Origin: Halalkalibacterium halodurans
GTDB lineage: Bacteria > Bacillota > Bacilli > Bacillales > Bacillaceae_D
DNA: 32,000 nt
Assembly: GCF_004376175.1 (NCBI RefSeq)
Contig: NZ_SNUY01000010.1
Span: 12,298 to 44,297 of the forward strand
Direction of reading: 5' to 3'
The notes beneath the pieces are model-generated. The model had not been told where the DNA came from. It was given only the letters and a program-made list of their open reading frames with translations, and ran no database searches. Shown here piece by piece: positions 16,177 through 24,502 of the stretch (positions within the stretch are counted from its first letter, which is position 1; every line of letters begins with the position of its first letter). A program made the position numbers and the translations under genes.

Positions 16177-17372
16177 CGGCAGCACTGAGTAGTAACTTCC
16201 TGTTAGTTGCCTTCTTCCTCTATCTTGCAGCGACTATTTTTTATGCCGTGTCAATCATGGGTAAAAAATGGCGCAATAAAGAAGGAGAAATGAAGGGGAA
16301 CCGTTGGGGCACCTTCGGGTATTATTCCGCTATCATCGCGTTGCTATTTGCCCTCGGTTATTTTATCACGCGCTGGATGGTGGCTGGTTTTGCGCCAGTG
16401 AGTAACATGTTTGAATATGTAACGTTCTTTGGCATCTGTATCGGCCTCGCCTTTGTTATTATTAATGCCATCTATCGTTCTAACATATTAGGGTTGTTCA
16501 CGATGCCGACCGTGATGCTCATGATTGCATACGCTTCGGTTTTTCCGAGCGAGGTTGCCCCTCTTATTCCGGCGTTGCAAAGCAACTGGCTTGCACTCCA
16601 TGTAACGACGGTCGCATTAGGACAAGGGATACTAGCGGTTAGCTTTGCTTCGGGCCTTGTTTATTTAATTCGGACGATTGATTATTCCATCCAAAGCTGG
16701 AAGACGTTTTGGTTAGAATTTATTCTTTATAGTGTCATTACTGTCGTCGGATTTATATTAATTACGTATACATTCCAGGCGATGAACTATGAGGCGAAAT
16801 TTAATTATGTGAATGAAAATGATGTCGAAGCGACAATGGAATATCATTTGCCACCGATCGTAGGTCCTCATGAAGGACAGCTCATTTCGGAAACGGGAAA
16901 TCAACCGCTCGTTAATATGCCTGCTTGGATTAAGAGCGATCAGTTGAATACGGTCATTTGGTCATTCCTCGTAGGACTTGTTCTCTATCTCTTACTTTAT
17001 CTCGTTTTCCGAAAGCCGGTCGGAGCCATTCTCCAACCAATTGTGAAGCGAGTCAGTCCACAGCTCGTAGATGAGATTAGTTATCGAGCGATTGCGATTG
17101 GGTTTCCTGTCTTTACGCTCGGAGGACTAATCTTTGCGATGATCTGGGCGCAAATTGCTTGGACGCGTTTCTGGGGTTGGGACCCGAAGGAAGTATGGGC
17201 ATTAATTACGTTTTTGTTCTATGCAGCCTACTTGCATTTACGTTTGTCAAAAGGTTGGCATGGAGAGCGTTCCGCTTGGTTGTGTGTTATCGGATTCGCG
17301 ATCATTATGTTTAACTTAGTGTTTGTCAATCTTGTCATTGCAGGCCTGCACTCTTACGCAGGAGGCATGTAA
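16173..17372 (+). CDS. resC: Cytochrome c biogenesis protein ResC (CcsA family heme handling)
   Basis: 399-aa polytopic membrane protein with the WWD-type motif region WAQIAWTRFWGWDPKEVWAL. There is an ATGA overlap with resB. Confidence 0.92.
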   Translation: MTAALSSNFLLVAFFLYLAATIFYAVSIMGKKWRNKEGEMKGNRWGTFGYYSAIIALLFALGYFITRWMVAGFAPVSNMFEYVTFFGICIGLAFVIINAIYRSNILGLFTMPTVMLMIAYASVFPSEVAPLIPALQSNWLALHVTTVALGQGILAVSFASGLVYLIRTIDYSIQSWKTFWLEFILYSVITVVGFILITYTFQAMNYEAKFNYVNENDVEATMEYHLPPIVGPHEGQLISETGNQPLVNMPAWIKSDQLNTVIWSFLVGLVLYLLLYLVFRKPVGAILQPIVKRVSPQLVDEISYRAIAIGFPVFTLGGLIFAMIWAQIAWTRFWGWDPKEVWALITFLFYAAYLHLRLSKGWHGERSAWLCVIGFAIIMFNLVFVNLVIAGLHSYAGGM

Positions 17373-17378
17373 AGGCGA

Positions 17379-17406
17379 CCCCCGCAAACAATGGCGGGGG
17401 TTTTTT
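17379..17406 (+). terminator. Rho-independent terminator/attenuator after resC
   Basis: Stem cccccgc/gcggggg followed by TTTTTT. Confidence 0.85.
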
Positions 17407-17466
17407 CAAAAAGGTATGTTACACTATTTGTAAAGTTGCTTAACTGTTGATGGGGAGGTTTGTTTG

Positions 17467-18183
17467 ATGGAAAAAGAAGCAAAAATTTTAGTCGTTGATG
17501 ATGAAGGTCGTATTCGTAACTTATTGAAAATGTACCTTGAACGAGAAGCCTATGATGTGGAAGAGGCATCAGACGGAAAGGAAGCGCTCGAAAAAGCGCT
17601 TGCATTCGATTATGATGTCATTTTACTTGACCTGATGATGCCTGAAATGGATGGAATTGAAGTGTGTCAAAAGCTTCGCAAACAAAAAGCAACGCCGATC
17701 ATTATGCTTACAGCAAAAGGAGAAGAAGCCAACCGCGTTCAAGGGTTTGAAGTCGGAACGGATGACTATATTGTGAAGCCATTCAGTCCGCGTGAGGTGG
17801 TCCTACGTGTAAAAGCGTTATTGCGTCGCTCGTCTTCAACGAAGTTTTTACAGACGGATACGCAAGCGAAAGATGTGCTCGTTTTTCCGCATTTATCTAT
17901 CGACAATGATGCGCACCGGGTGACGGTGGCTGATCAAGAAATTAATTTAACACCGAAAGAATACGAGCTTCTCTATTATTTAGCCCAGTCACCAGATAAA
18001 GTCTTTTCAAGGGAGCAGCTATTGAAAGATGTATGGAACTATGACTTCTTTGGGGATTTGCGCACCGTCGATACGCATATTAAACGACTGCGTGAGAAAT
18101 TAAACCGAGTGTCCCCACAGGCGGCCAGTATGATTTCGACTGTTTGGGGAGTGGGCTACAAATTTGAGGTCGTGAAAGAGTAA
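17467..18183 (+). CDS. resD: OmpR-family response regulator ResD
   Basis: Receiver domain (KILVVDDE...DVILLDLMMPEMDG) plus a winged-helix output domain (LTPKEYELLYYLA...VWGVGYKF). ATG 17467 sits behind the RBS ggggagg. The gene lies between resC and resE. Confidence 0.92.
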   Translation: MEKEAKILVVDDEGRIRNLLKMYLEREAYDVEEASDGKEALEKALAFDYDVILLDLMMPEMDGIEVCQKLRKQKATPIIMLTAKGEEANRVQGFEVGTDDYIVKPFSPREVVLRVKALLRRSSSTKFLQTDTQAKDVLVFPHLSIDNDAHRVTVADQEINLTPKEYELLYYLAQSPDKVFSREQLLKDVWNYDFFGDLRTVDTHIKRLREKLNRVSPQAASMISTVWGVGYKFEVVKE

Positions 18184-19967
18184 TGCTTTGGCGCAGCGTC
18201 GTCGGAAAGTTATGGTTTACGATTATTTTGCTCGTGTCCTTCGTTCTAACAGTGTTGATGGTCATGCTGCTTCAGTTTTTTGAGCGTTTTCATGTGAATG
18301 AAGCTGAGTCTCAGCTCCTTAACCATGCGAACATGATCGCCACGATTTACGAAGAATACGATGATCGGGTAACTGCTCGAATGACAATTACTGAATATGC
18401 CAATGCGTTTGAAAAAAAAGTGGTGATCATCGAAGACAGAGCGAATTACTGGAGCACTGGGGAAGCAGGTCTTGTGAATTTGCCCCTCGAAGTCTTTGTC
18501 GAGCATCCGATGTTGGCACAAGTTTTTCAAGGGGAGCGGGCGGTCGTGACCGAAGATGATTTTTCCGAATTTTACCGCGGTGATTCTGATACTGGAATGA
18601 TGATCGTCGGCATCCCCCTACATTTGGACGATGGTAATGATGCTGTGTTTTTATATCAACCACTTGCCACGATTGAAGAAACGTCAGCGGAAACGAAACG
18701 GATTGTCTATTTCTCCGCGGGAATTGCCATCGTGCTTACAACGGTATTTGCTTTTTTCCTATCTAGTCGAATTACCTCGCCACTTCGAAAGATGAGACAA
18801 GTGGCATTGGAAGTTGCCCAAGGGAAATTCAATACGAAGGTTCCAATTTTAACCCATGATGAAATTGGTCAACTCGCGATCGCTTTTAACCGAATGCGGC
18901 GGGAGTTGAATCGAAATGTGACGGAGTTGAATCAGGAAAAAGAGCAGCTCTCCCGAATTTTGAGCAGCATGGCCGACGGTGTGATTACCCTTGACAAGCG
19001 TGGGAAGGTGATGGTAACCAATCCTCCGGCTGAGCGATTTATTCAAGCATGGCATTACGAACAAGGATTAGTTCCTTCTGAGAAAAATGAGCTGCCACAA
19101 GCGATCCATCAACTTTATCAGCAAGTGGTTGCCTTGGAATCGGAGCAGATGACGGAATTAGATGTTCAAGGGCGAAGTTGGGCGATTCTTATGACGCCTC
19201 TCTACGATAACTCTTACGTCCGTGGAGCGGTGGCCGTTATTCGCGACATGACAGAGGAGCGTCGTCATGATAAGCTGCGAAAGGATTTTATCGCCAATGT
19301 ATCCCATGAGCTGCGAACACCGATTTCCATGCTTCAAGGCTATAGTGAAGCAATCATTGATGACATCGCCGGGACGGATCAAGAAAAAAAAGAGTTAGCG
19401 AAAATCATTTACGATGAATCGCTACGCATGGGGCGCCTTGTTAATGAATTGCTCGATTTGGCAAGAATGGAAGCAGGCCACATCGATTTAAATTATGAAG
19501 AGATTGAAGTGAAAACGTTCTGTGAACGGATCACAAGAAAGTTCCAAGGACTTGCGAAAGAACAACAACTAACCCTTGATTTCATCTATCGAGGGGATGA
19601 AGGGAAACGGATCCAGGTCGACCCAGACAGGCTCGAACAAGTTCTCACCAATCTTCTATCTAACGCGATACGGCATACCGACCCAGGCGGTACGGTGCAA
19701 CTCGCGTGTCATGTGATGGAAAACGGTATGAAAATTGACGTAACGGATACAGGAACAGGAATACCGGAAGAAGATTTACCGTACGTATTCGAGCGGTTTT
19801 ATAAGGCGGACAAAGCACGGACGAGAGGAAGAAGTGGGACTGGGCTTGGACTTGCCATTGTCAAAAATATTGTTGATGCCCATAGTGGAGAAATTAGTGT
19901 CCACAGCAAACAACAAGAAGGGACAACCTTTACAGCCTTTTTCCCGAATGCTCGTACCATTTTGTAG
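18183..19967 (+). CDS. resE: Sensor histidine kinase ResE
   Basis: 594-aa with two TM segments, HAMP and PAS-like regions, an H-box (FIANVSHELRTP), and N/G boxes (LSNAIRHT; DTGTGIPEED; GTGLGLAIVK). There is a TAATG overlap with resD. Confidence 0.92.
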   Translation: MLWRSVVGKLWFTIILLVSFVLTVLMVMLLQFFERFHVNEAESQLLNHANMIATIYEEYDDRVTARMTITEYANAFEKKVVIIEDRANYWSTGEAGLVNLPLEVFVEHPMLAQVFQGERAVVTEDDFSEFYRGDSDTGMMIVGIPLHLDDGNDAVFLYQPLATIEETSAETKRIVYFSAGIAIVLTTVFAFFLSSRITSPLRKMRQVALEVAQGKFNTKVPILTHDEIGQLAIAFNRMRRELNRNVTELNQEKEQLSRILSSMADGVITLDKRGKVMVTNPPAERFIQAWHYEQGLVPSEKNELPQAIHQLYQQVVALESEQMTELDVQGRSWAILMTPLYDNSYVRGAVAVIRDMTEERRHDKLRKDFIANVSHELRTPISMLQGYSEAIIDDIAGTDQEKKELAKIIYDESLRMGRLVNELLDLARMEAGHIDLNYEEIEVKTFCERITRKFQGLAKEQQLTLDFIYRGDEGKRIQVDPDRLEQVLTNLLSNAIRHTDPGGTVQLACHVMENGMKIDVTDTGTGIPEEDLPYVFERFYKADKARTRGRSGTGLGLAIVKNIVDAHSGEISVHSKQQEGTTFTAFFPNARTIL

Positions 19968-20003
19968 AATCGACAGGAATAATCTTGTTCCATAAGAAAC
20001 ATT

Positions 20004-20047
20004 GAAGCTGACAAACGCCTCTCTCATGCGTAGGTCAGCTTCTTTTT
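20004..20047. terminator. Hairpin terminator between convergent resE and the GNAT genes
   Basis: Stem gaagctgac/gtcagcttc with extra inner pairing acgc/gcgt, then TTTTT on the + strand. Confidence 0.7.
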
Positions 20048-20051
20048 CCCC

Positions 20052-20483
20052 CTATAATCGTTTTTTGAAAACATAGCTCACTTTATCGTAAGCGCCTTTT
20101 TCCATATAAAACCGATGGGCCTCGGTTCGGCTAACATTGGATGACAGGGAAATGGCTTCGTATCCTTTTGTTTTGGCCCATGCTTCCACATGAGCCAGTA
20201 ACATGAGCCCGTATCCGTTTGATCGATGGTGTTCATCTGTGACAAGGTCAGTTACCCAAATGCTTTTTCCGTTATAAAGCGTTGTTTGTGGCATAAAGCC
20301 AATGACAGCACAGAGGGTGTCTTCCACCTCCAAGGCAAACATTCGATAGCCTTCGTTTTTTGTCGCTTCATGGACAAGTTCTAAGTAACTAGCTTCGGTT
20401 AAATGAGGACGAAGCTGACGGATGAGGGGGAAAGCCTCAAGCCATTCTTGTTCGACTATTAATGATCGAATCAAGCTTCTCAT
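20052..20483 (-). CDS. GNAT family N-acetyltransferase
   Basis: 143-aa with the acetyl-CoA motif HHRSNGYGLMLLAHVEAWAK. Its start overlaps the stop of the upstream GNAT gene by 4 nt. Confidence 0.8.
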   Translation of the reverse strand: MRSLIRSLIVEQEWLEAFPLIRQLRPHLTEASYLELVHEATKNEGYRMFALEVEDTLCAVIGFMPQTTLYNGKSIWVTDLVTDEHHRSNGYGLMLLAHVEAWAKTKGYEAISLSSNVSRTEAHRFYMEKGAYDKVSYVFKKRL

Positions 20484-20956
20484 CTCCCTCCTAGTTTATA
20501 CTCCATCGTGATTACGTTAAGTCTTGCACCATCCGATCTTTCCATCATTTCTTCCTTTGTGTTCGCAAAGCCTAACGAATCGTAGAAAGCCACATTTTGC
20601 CCCATGTCCGCTCTCACTTTACAAACAACCGTTGCACACTTTTGTTCCTTCGCAAGTGTCATGAGATGGTCTATGAGCCGGCGGGCAATTCCTTGGTTTC
20701 GGGCTTCTGGTATAACGGAAAGTCGGAAGAAATAAAGCTGTTTATCATGAACCACAAACTTTACCATCCCTACACATTTATCGTTATGCTTATAAAGGAG
20801 GACTTGGGTGCCTGATGTTAATTCCTGTTCGATATCGGACACCGCTTCTCGTAAGGCAGTGGTCGGTGGGGTGGCGTAACGATATTCGTCAAACGCTTGA
20901 TGAAGCACGGAATGAATCTCTTTTGCATCTTTCTTTTCAGCGTGCACGATGGTCAT
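20480..20956 (-). CDS. GNAT family N-acetyltransferase
   Basis: Motif VIPEARNQGIARRLIDHLMTLAK. I prefer the ATG at 20956 (MTIVHAEK...) because the RBS aaggagagag lies immediately upstream. The ORF can extend to 20977. Confidence 0.8.
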   Translation of the reverse strand: MTIVHAEKKDAKEIHSVLHQAFDEYRYATPPTTALREAVSDIEQELTSGTQVLLYKHNDKCVGMVKFVVHDKQLYFFRLSVIPEARNQGIARRLIDHLMTLAKEQKCATVVCKVRADMGQNVAFYDSLGFANTKEEMMERSDGARLNVITMEYKLGGR

Positions 20957-21051
20957 GACTCTCTCTCCTTTTTTCATTCAATGTAACATGTTTGTAAAAA
21001 GGATGGAACCCTTTTCCTGAATGATTCGTTTCACAATAAAAAGAGGGGGTC

Positions 21052-22008
21052 ATGACGAAAATGAAAAAAATTGTAGGGAGCCTCATCGGTGTTATGCTTC
21101 TATTATTCATCGTAGGTTGCAGCAATACGGAGCAAATGGAAATGTTTGATGCGGGGAATATGGAGGGTGTCGATATGAATGTAGCTACCGATTATTCGGT
21201 CTCAGAGGAAGGAATGGAGGAAGAAGCTGCACTTGAAAAGGTAGAATTAGATACGGAAATTGAAACGGAGGAAAGAGGAAGTGCTGTTCCAGAGGGAATG
21301 GAACGAATGATCATTTACACTGGAGACATGGAGGTAGAGGTAGAGTCGTATGATGAGGCAGAGCAGCAGCTTACGTCGACTGCTCAATCTCTCGGTGGAT
21401 TTATTGTGGAATCGTCTAAAAATGAACATGAAGACGGTCATACGTCTGGTTATCTTGTGGCGCGAGTCCCACAAGAGCGGTTAGATGATTTTGTTCAAGA
21501 AGTGAAAGAAACGAGTCTTACCATTCATTATCAACAATTAAGCGGTAGTGATGTGACGGAGGAATATGTTGATTTAGAAGCGAGGCTTAAGTCAAAGCGA
21601 GTGATGGAAGAACGATTAATCACGTTTTTGGAAGAAGCCGATTCAACGGAAAACTTATTAAAAGTTTCCAATGATCTTGGGAAAGTTCAGGAGGAGATTG
21701 AACAGCTCGTCGGTCGGATGAACTATTTAGAGGATCGTGTCCGATATGCTTCCATGACCATTTCCATAAGAGATCGTGGGATCGAAGTAGGAAGCTTACA
21801 AGGACAAAACACGTTAAACACGTGGGCAAACGCAAAGAAACTATTTATGGATACGACAAATGGAATCATCGCCTTTTTCTCTGGGCTTGTCGTTTTGCTA
21901 ATTGGGTTTTCGCCGATTTTATTTCCACTCGTCGTCATTGCAGTTGTCATGATCATTCTCGTTCGCCGAAAGAAAAAAATGTCTACACCGCCTGTTCACG
22001 AAGAGTAG
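21052..22008 (+). CDS. DUF4349-domain lipoprotein with a C-terminal TM helix
   Basis: 318-aa. It has the lipobox IVGC and an acid-rich linker. The segment RMIIYTGDMEVEVESYDEAEQQL...GGFIVESS, the coiled-coil region and the C-terminal TM are typical of DUF4349. Confidence 0.75.
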   Translation: MTKMKKIVGSLIGVMLLLFIVGCSNTEQMEMFDAGNMEGVDMNVATDYSVSEEGMEEEAALEKVELDTEIETEERGSAVPEGMERMIIYTGDMEVEVESYDEAEQQLTSTAQSLGGFIVESSKNEHEDGHTSGYLVARVPQERLDDFVQEVKETSLTIHYQQLSGSDVTEEYVDLEARLKSKRVMEERLITFLEEADSTENLLKVSNDLGKVQEEIEQLVGRMNYLEDRVRYASMTISIRDRGIEVGSLQGQNTLNTWANAKKLFMDTTNGIIAFFSGLVVLLIGFSPILFPLVVIAVVMIILVRRKKKMSTPPVHEE

Positions 22009-22046
22009 ATTTTTGCAAAAACGCTGTTCTTTTGCGTTATTTTTTG

Positions 22047-22052
22047 TATAAT
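22047..22052 (+). promoter_or_regulatory. Candidate -10 hexamer for the B12-regulated operon
   Basis: TATAAT at 22047-22052, ~35 nt upstream of the riboswitch core. The -35 is poor (ctgttc at 17-nt spacing). Confidence 0.3.
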
Positions 22053-22079
22053 AAAGACGACTTATCAATGAATCGTATA

Positions 22080-22250
22080 TCGCGCTGAAGGGTCGTTCAA
22101 TGTTTGAGCGTGAAAAGGGAAGTCGGTGAAAATCCGACACGGTCCCGCCACTGTAAATGGGAGAGGCTTGCAAGATCCACTGTCTAGCGACGGGAAGGGG
22201 GGCAAGTACTCGATGAACATAAGTCAGGAGACCTGCCTTTCAGTTTGAGT
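22080..22250 (+). promoter_or_regulatory. Cobalamin (B12) riboswitch aptamer
   Basis: Core elements are aaaGGGAAgtcGGTGaAAATCCgacaCGGTCCCGCCACTGT, and the B12 box AAGTCAGGAGACCTGCCT at 22221-22238. Confidence 0.9.
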
Positions 22251-22325
22251 GTGTAGCCTTCGAGGAAAAGGTGAAGCAGTTCATTTGATTTCATGGAGAT
22301 AGCATGGGATCTAGACTGGTTTTGC

Positions 22326-22357
22326 AAAAACACTCTGAAGGGAGTGTTTTTCTTTTT
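22326..22357 (+). terminator. Riboswitch expression-platform terminator
   Basis: Perfect 10-bp stem aaaaacactc/gagtgttttt with a 6-nt loop and the T-run TTTTTcTTTTT. Confidence 0.85.
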
Positions 22358-22481
22358 CACTTACGAAAGTTTAACTTCCATTAAGGTTAGGCGACAAGCC
22401 AAGTTTTCTATGCTAGTGGCCCACCACCTTCAGCGACGAGCGCCATTGATTAGTACGATAGAGAAAAGAGGGGATCAGTAG

Positions 22482-23465
22482 ATGAAGTCGAATGTACGGT
22501 TATGGCTTCTGGCCTTGCTCTTGACGCTAGGTCTAGTGGCGTGTGGCACAACCACGGACGAGCCTGAAGCTCCAGCGGATGACCAAGGAACAGATGTAGT
22601 AGAGGAAGAAGCGGGTGGGGAATTCCCACGGACGATTACAGATTCATTAGGAAATGAAGTAACGATTGAAGAAGAGCCAGAACGAGTCGTCTCGTTAATT
22701 CCGAGCATTACCGAAACATTATTTGCGATCGATAAAGGGGACACCGTTGTCGGCCGCACTGATTTTGACAACTATCCGGAAGAAGTTGAGGATATTCAGA
22801 GCGTCGGCGGTATGGAGTTCGACGTAGAACAAGTGCTAGCACTCGAGCCCGATCTTGTCCTTAGCCACGGATCAGGTGCCCATTCATCCGAAGGCGGTTT
22901 AAACCAACTTCGGGAAGCGGGAGTTACGGTCGTTGTCGTTCATGATGCGTCTAGCATTGATGAAGTGTACGACTCGATAGCGATGATTGGTGAAGCAACA
23001 GGTGCTGATGAGCAAGCAGCTACCGTCATTAGCGACATGAAGGAAGGCTTTGCTGCACTAGCTGAAAAGGCTGAGGCGATCACAGACGAAGAGCGTGCAA
23101 ACGTTTGGGTTGAAGTTTCTCCTGAGCCTGAAATCTATACAACAGGGAAAGGGACCTTCTTAGATGAAATGCTCACATTGATCAACGCGGACAATGCCGC
23201 GGGAGATGTGGAAGGTTGGGTTCAGTTCTCAGAGGAAGAGGCGGTTGCCTTCCAACCGGATGTGATCATAACAACATATGGCTATTACGTTGAAGATCCA
23301 GAGAAACAAGTGATGGCGCGTGACGGCTGGCAGAGCGTGCCTGCAGTAGAGAACGAGCGAGTGTACGATGTTCATTCAGACGAAGTGACTCGCTCAGGAC
23401 CACGACTTGTACAAGGGGCAGAGAAGCTTGCGGAACTCATTTATCCAGACGTTTTTGCGGAATAA
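22482..23465 (+). CDS. btuF: Corrinoid ABC transporter substrate-binding lipoprotein (BtuF/FecB class)
   Basis: 327-aa with the lipobox LVAC and an acidic linker. The periplasmic-binding-protein class III pattern is present (RVVSLIPSITETLFAI...VVGRTDFDNYP...PDLVL). It is the first gene behind the B12 riboswitch. Confidence 0.8.
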   Translation: MKSNVRLWLLALLLTLGLVACGTTTDEPEAPADDQGTDVVEEEAGGEFPRTITDSLGNEVTIEEEPERVVSLIPSITETLFAIDKGDTVVGRTDFDNYPEEVEDIQSVGGMEFDVEQVLALEPDLVLSHGSGAHSSEGGLNQLREAGVTVVVVHDASSIDEVYDSIAMIGEATGADEQAATVISDMKEGFAALAEKAEAITDEERANVWVEVSPEPEIYTTGKGTFLDEMLTLINADNAAGDVEGWVQFSEEEAVAFQPDVIITTYGYYVEDPEKQVMARDGWQSVPAVENERVYDVHSDEVTRSGPRLVQGAEKLAELIYPDVFAE

Positions 23466-24489
23466 TTTGCTTTTCGTGTATGGAGCGAGCGCAATCTTTT
23501 TGTTCGTCGCCATCATCATTAGCATTGGAAAGGGAAGTGTGGAGCTTCCCTTTTTCACCATTTTGGCGATTATTGGACAATACGTCTTTCATTTGCCTGT
23601 AGACAGTGGAGTCGACCAAACAATGGTGAGCATTGTAGTCAACATTCGCTTACCGCGTGTATTGCTCGCTGTTTTTGTCGGCGCGAGCCTCGCACTTGCA
23701 GGGGCGGCTTTTCAAGGGTTGTTAAAAAATCCATTAGCTGATCCGTATACACTCGGCGTTTCGTCAGGCTCAGCACTAGGAGCCGTCTTTGTCCTGTTTT
23801 TTGCCGTTCAATTGCCGGTTCTCGGCTTTTTTACGCTACCGGTCGTTGCGATTATTACAGGATTTTCCACCTTGTTTCTCGTGATTATGTTCGCAAGGCT
23901 CGTTCAGCGCTCCATGTCAGCAGAGACGATTATTTTAGCTGGAATCATATTTAGCTCGTTTTTAGGGGCACTCATTTCGCTCATGATTGCGTTGACAGGA
24001 GAGGAATTGCGACAAATTATCGGTTGGCTCTTAGGCAGTGTGTCGATGCGGGGCTGGGACTATGTAAAATTGCTCGTCCCTTGTTTTTGTTTTGGGGCCC
24101 TTTTGTTAATGGTTAATCGCAAGGAACTAAACGCCCTTGCCTTTGGAGAGGAAACAGCCAAACATTTAGGGGTAAACGTCAAAAGGCGTAAATATATGAT
24201 CCTGATCTCGGCTTCTATTTTAACGGGATCAGCTGTTGCTGTCTCAGGCACAATCGGCTTTGTCGGCTTGGTTATTCCTCATATCACCCGATTAGTAGCT
24301 GGACCCGACCACCGCCACTTATTACCTTTATCAATGATGATCGGTGCTGGATTTCTTACCTTAACGGATTTATTCGCACGGACAGTCATTGCACCGACCG
24401 AACTACCCATTGGTGTGATCACTGCGATCGTCGGCGCACCTGTCTTCGGATTATTGCTTATCAGACAGCGAAAAAAACTGCTCTCGTAA
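23455..24489 (+). CDS. btuC: Corrinoid ABC transporter permease (FecCD/BtuC family)
   Basis: Polytopic membrane protein with RLPRVLLAVFVGASLALAGAAFQGLLKNPLADPYTLGVSSG and the FecCD signature. The start is uncertain (ATG 23407, TTG 23455/23467 or GTG 23476). It overlaps or abuts the btuF stop. Confidence 0.8.
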   Translation: MRNNLLFVYGASAIFLFVAIIISIGKGSVELPFFTILAIIGQYVFHLPVDSGVDQTMVSIVVNIRLPRVLLAVFVGASLALAGAAFQGLLKNPLADPYTLGVSSGSALGAVFVLFFAVQLPVLGFFTLPVVAIITGFSTLFLVIMFARLVQRSMSAETIILAGIIFSSFLGALISLMIALTGEELRQIIGWLLGSVSMRGWDYVKLLVPCFCFGALLLMVNRKELNALAFGEETAKHLGVNVKRRKYMILISASILTGSAVAVSGTIGFVGLVIPHITRLVAGPDHRHLLPLSMMIGAGFLTLTDLFARTVIAPTELPIGVITAIVGAPVFGLLLIRQRKKLLS

Positions 24490-24502
24490 GGAGTTGGACC
24501 AT

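Noticed and set aside
22293-22481. 62-aa ORF between the riboswitch and btuF
   Set aside because: It runs straight through the riboswitch terminator hairpin (the FFFF run is the T-tract). It has no RBS and is best explained as leader RNA.
22475-22771. 98-aa Ser/Thr/Val-rich ORF antisense to the 5' end of btuF
   Set aside because: It is the low-complexity mirror image of the acidic linker region of BtuF. It has no RBS, and its start would lie inside btuF.
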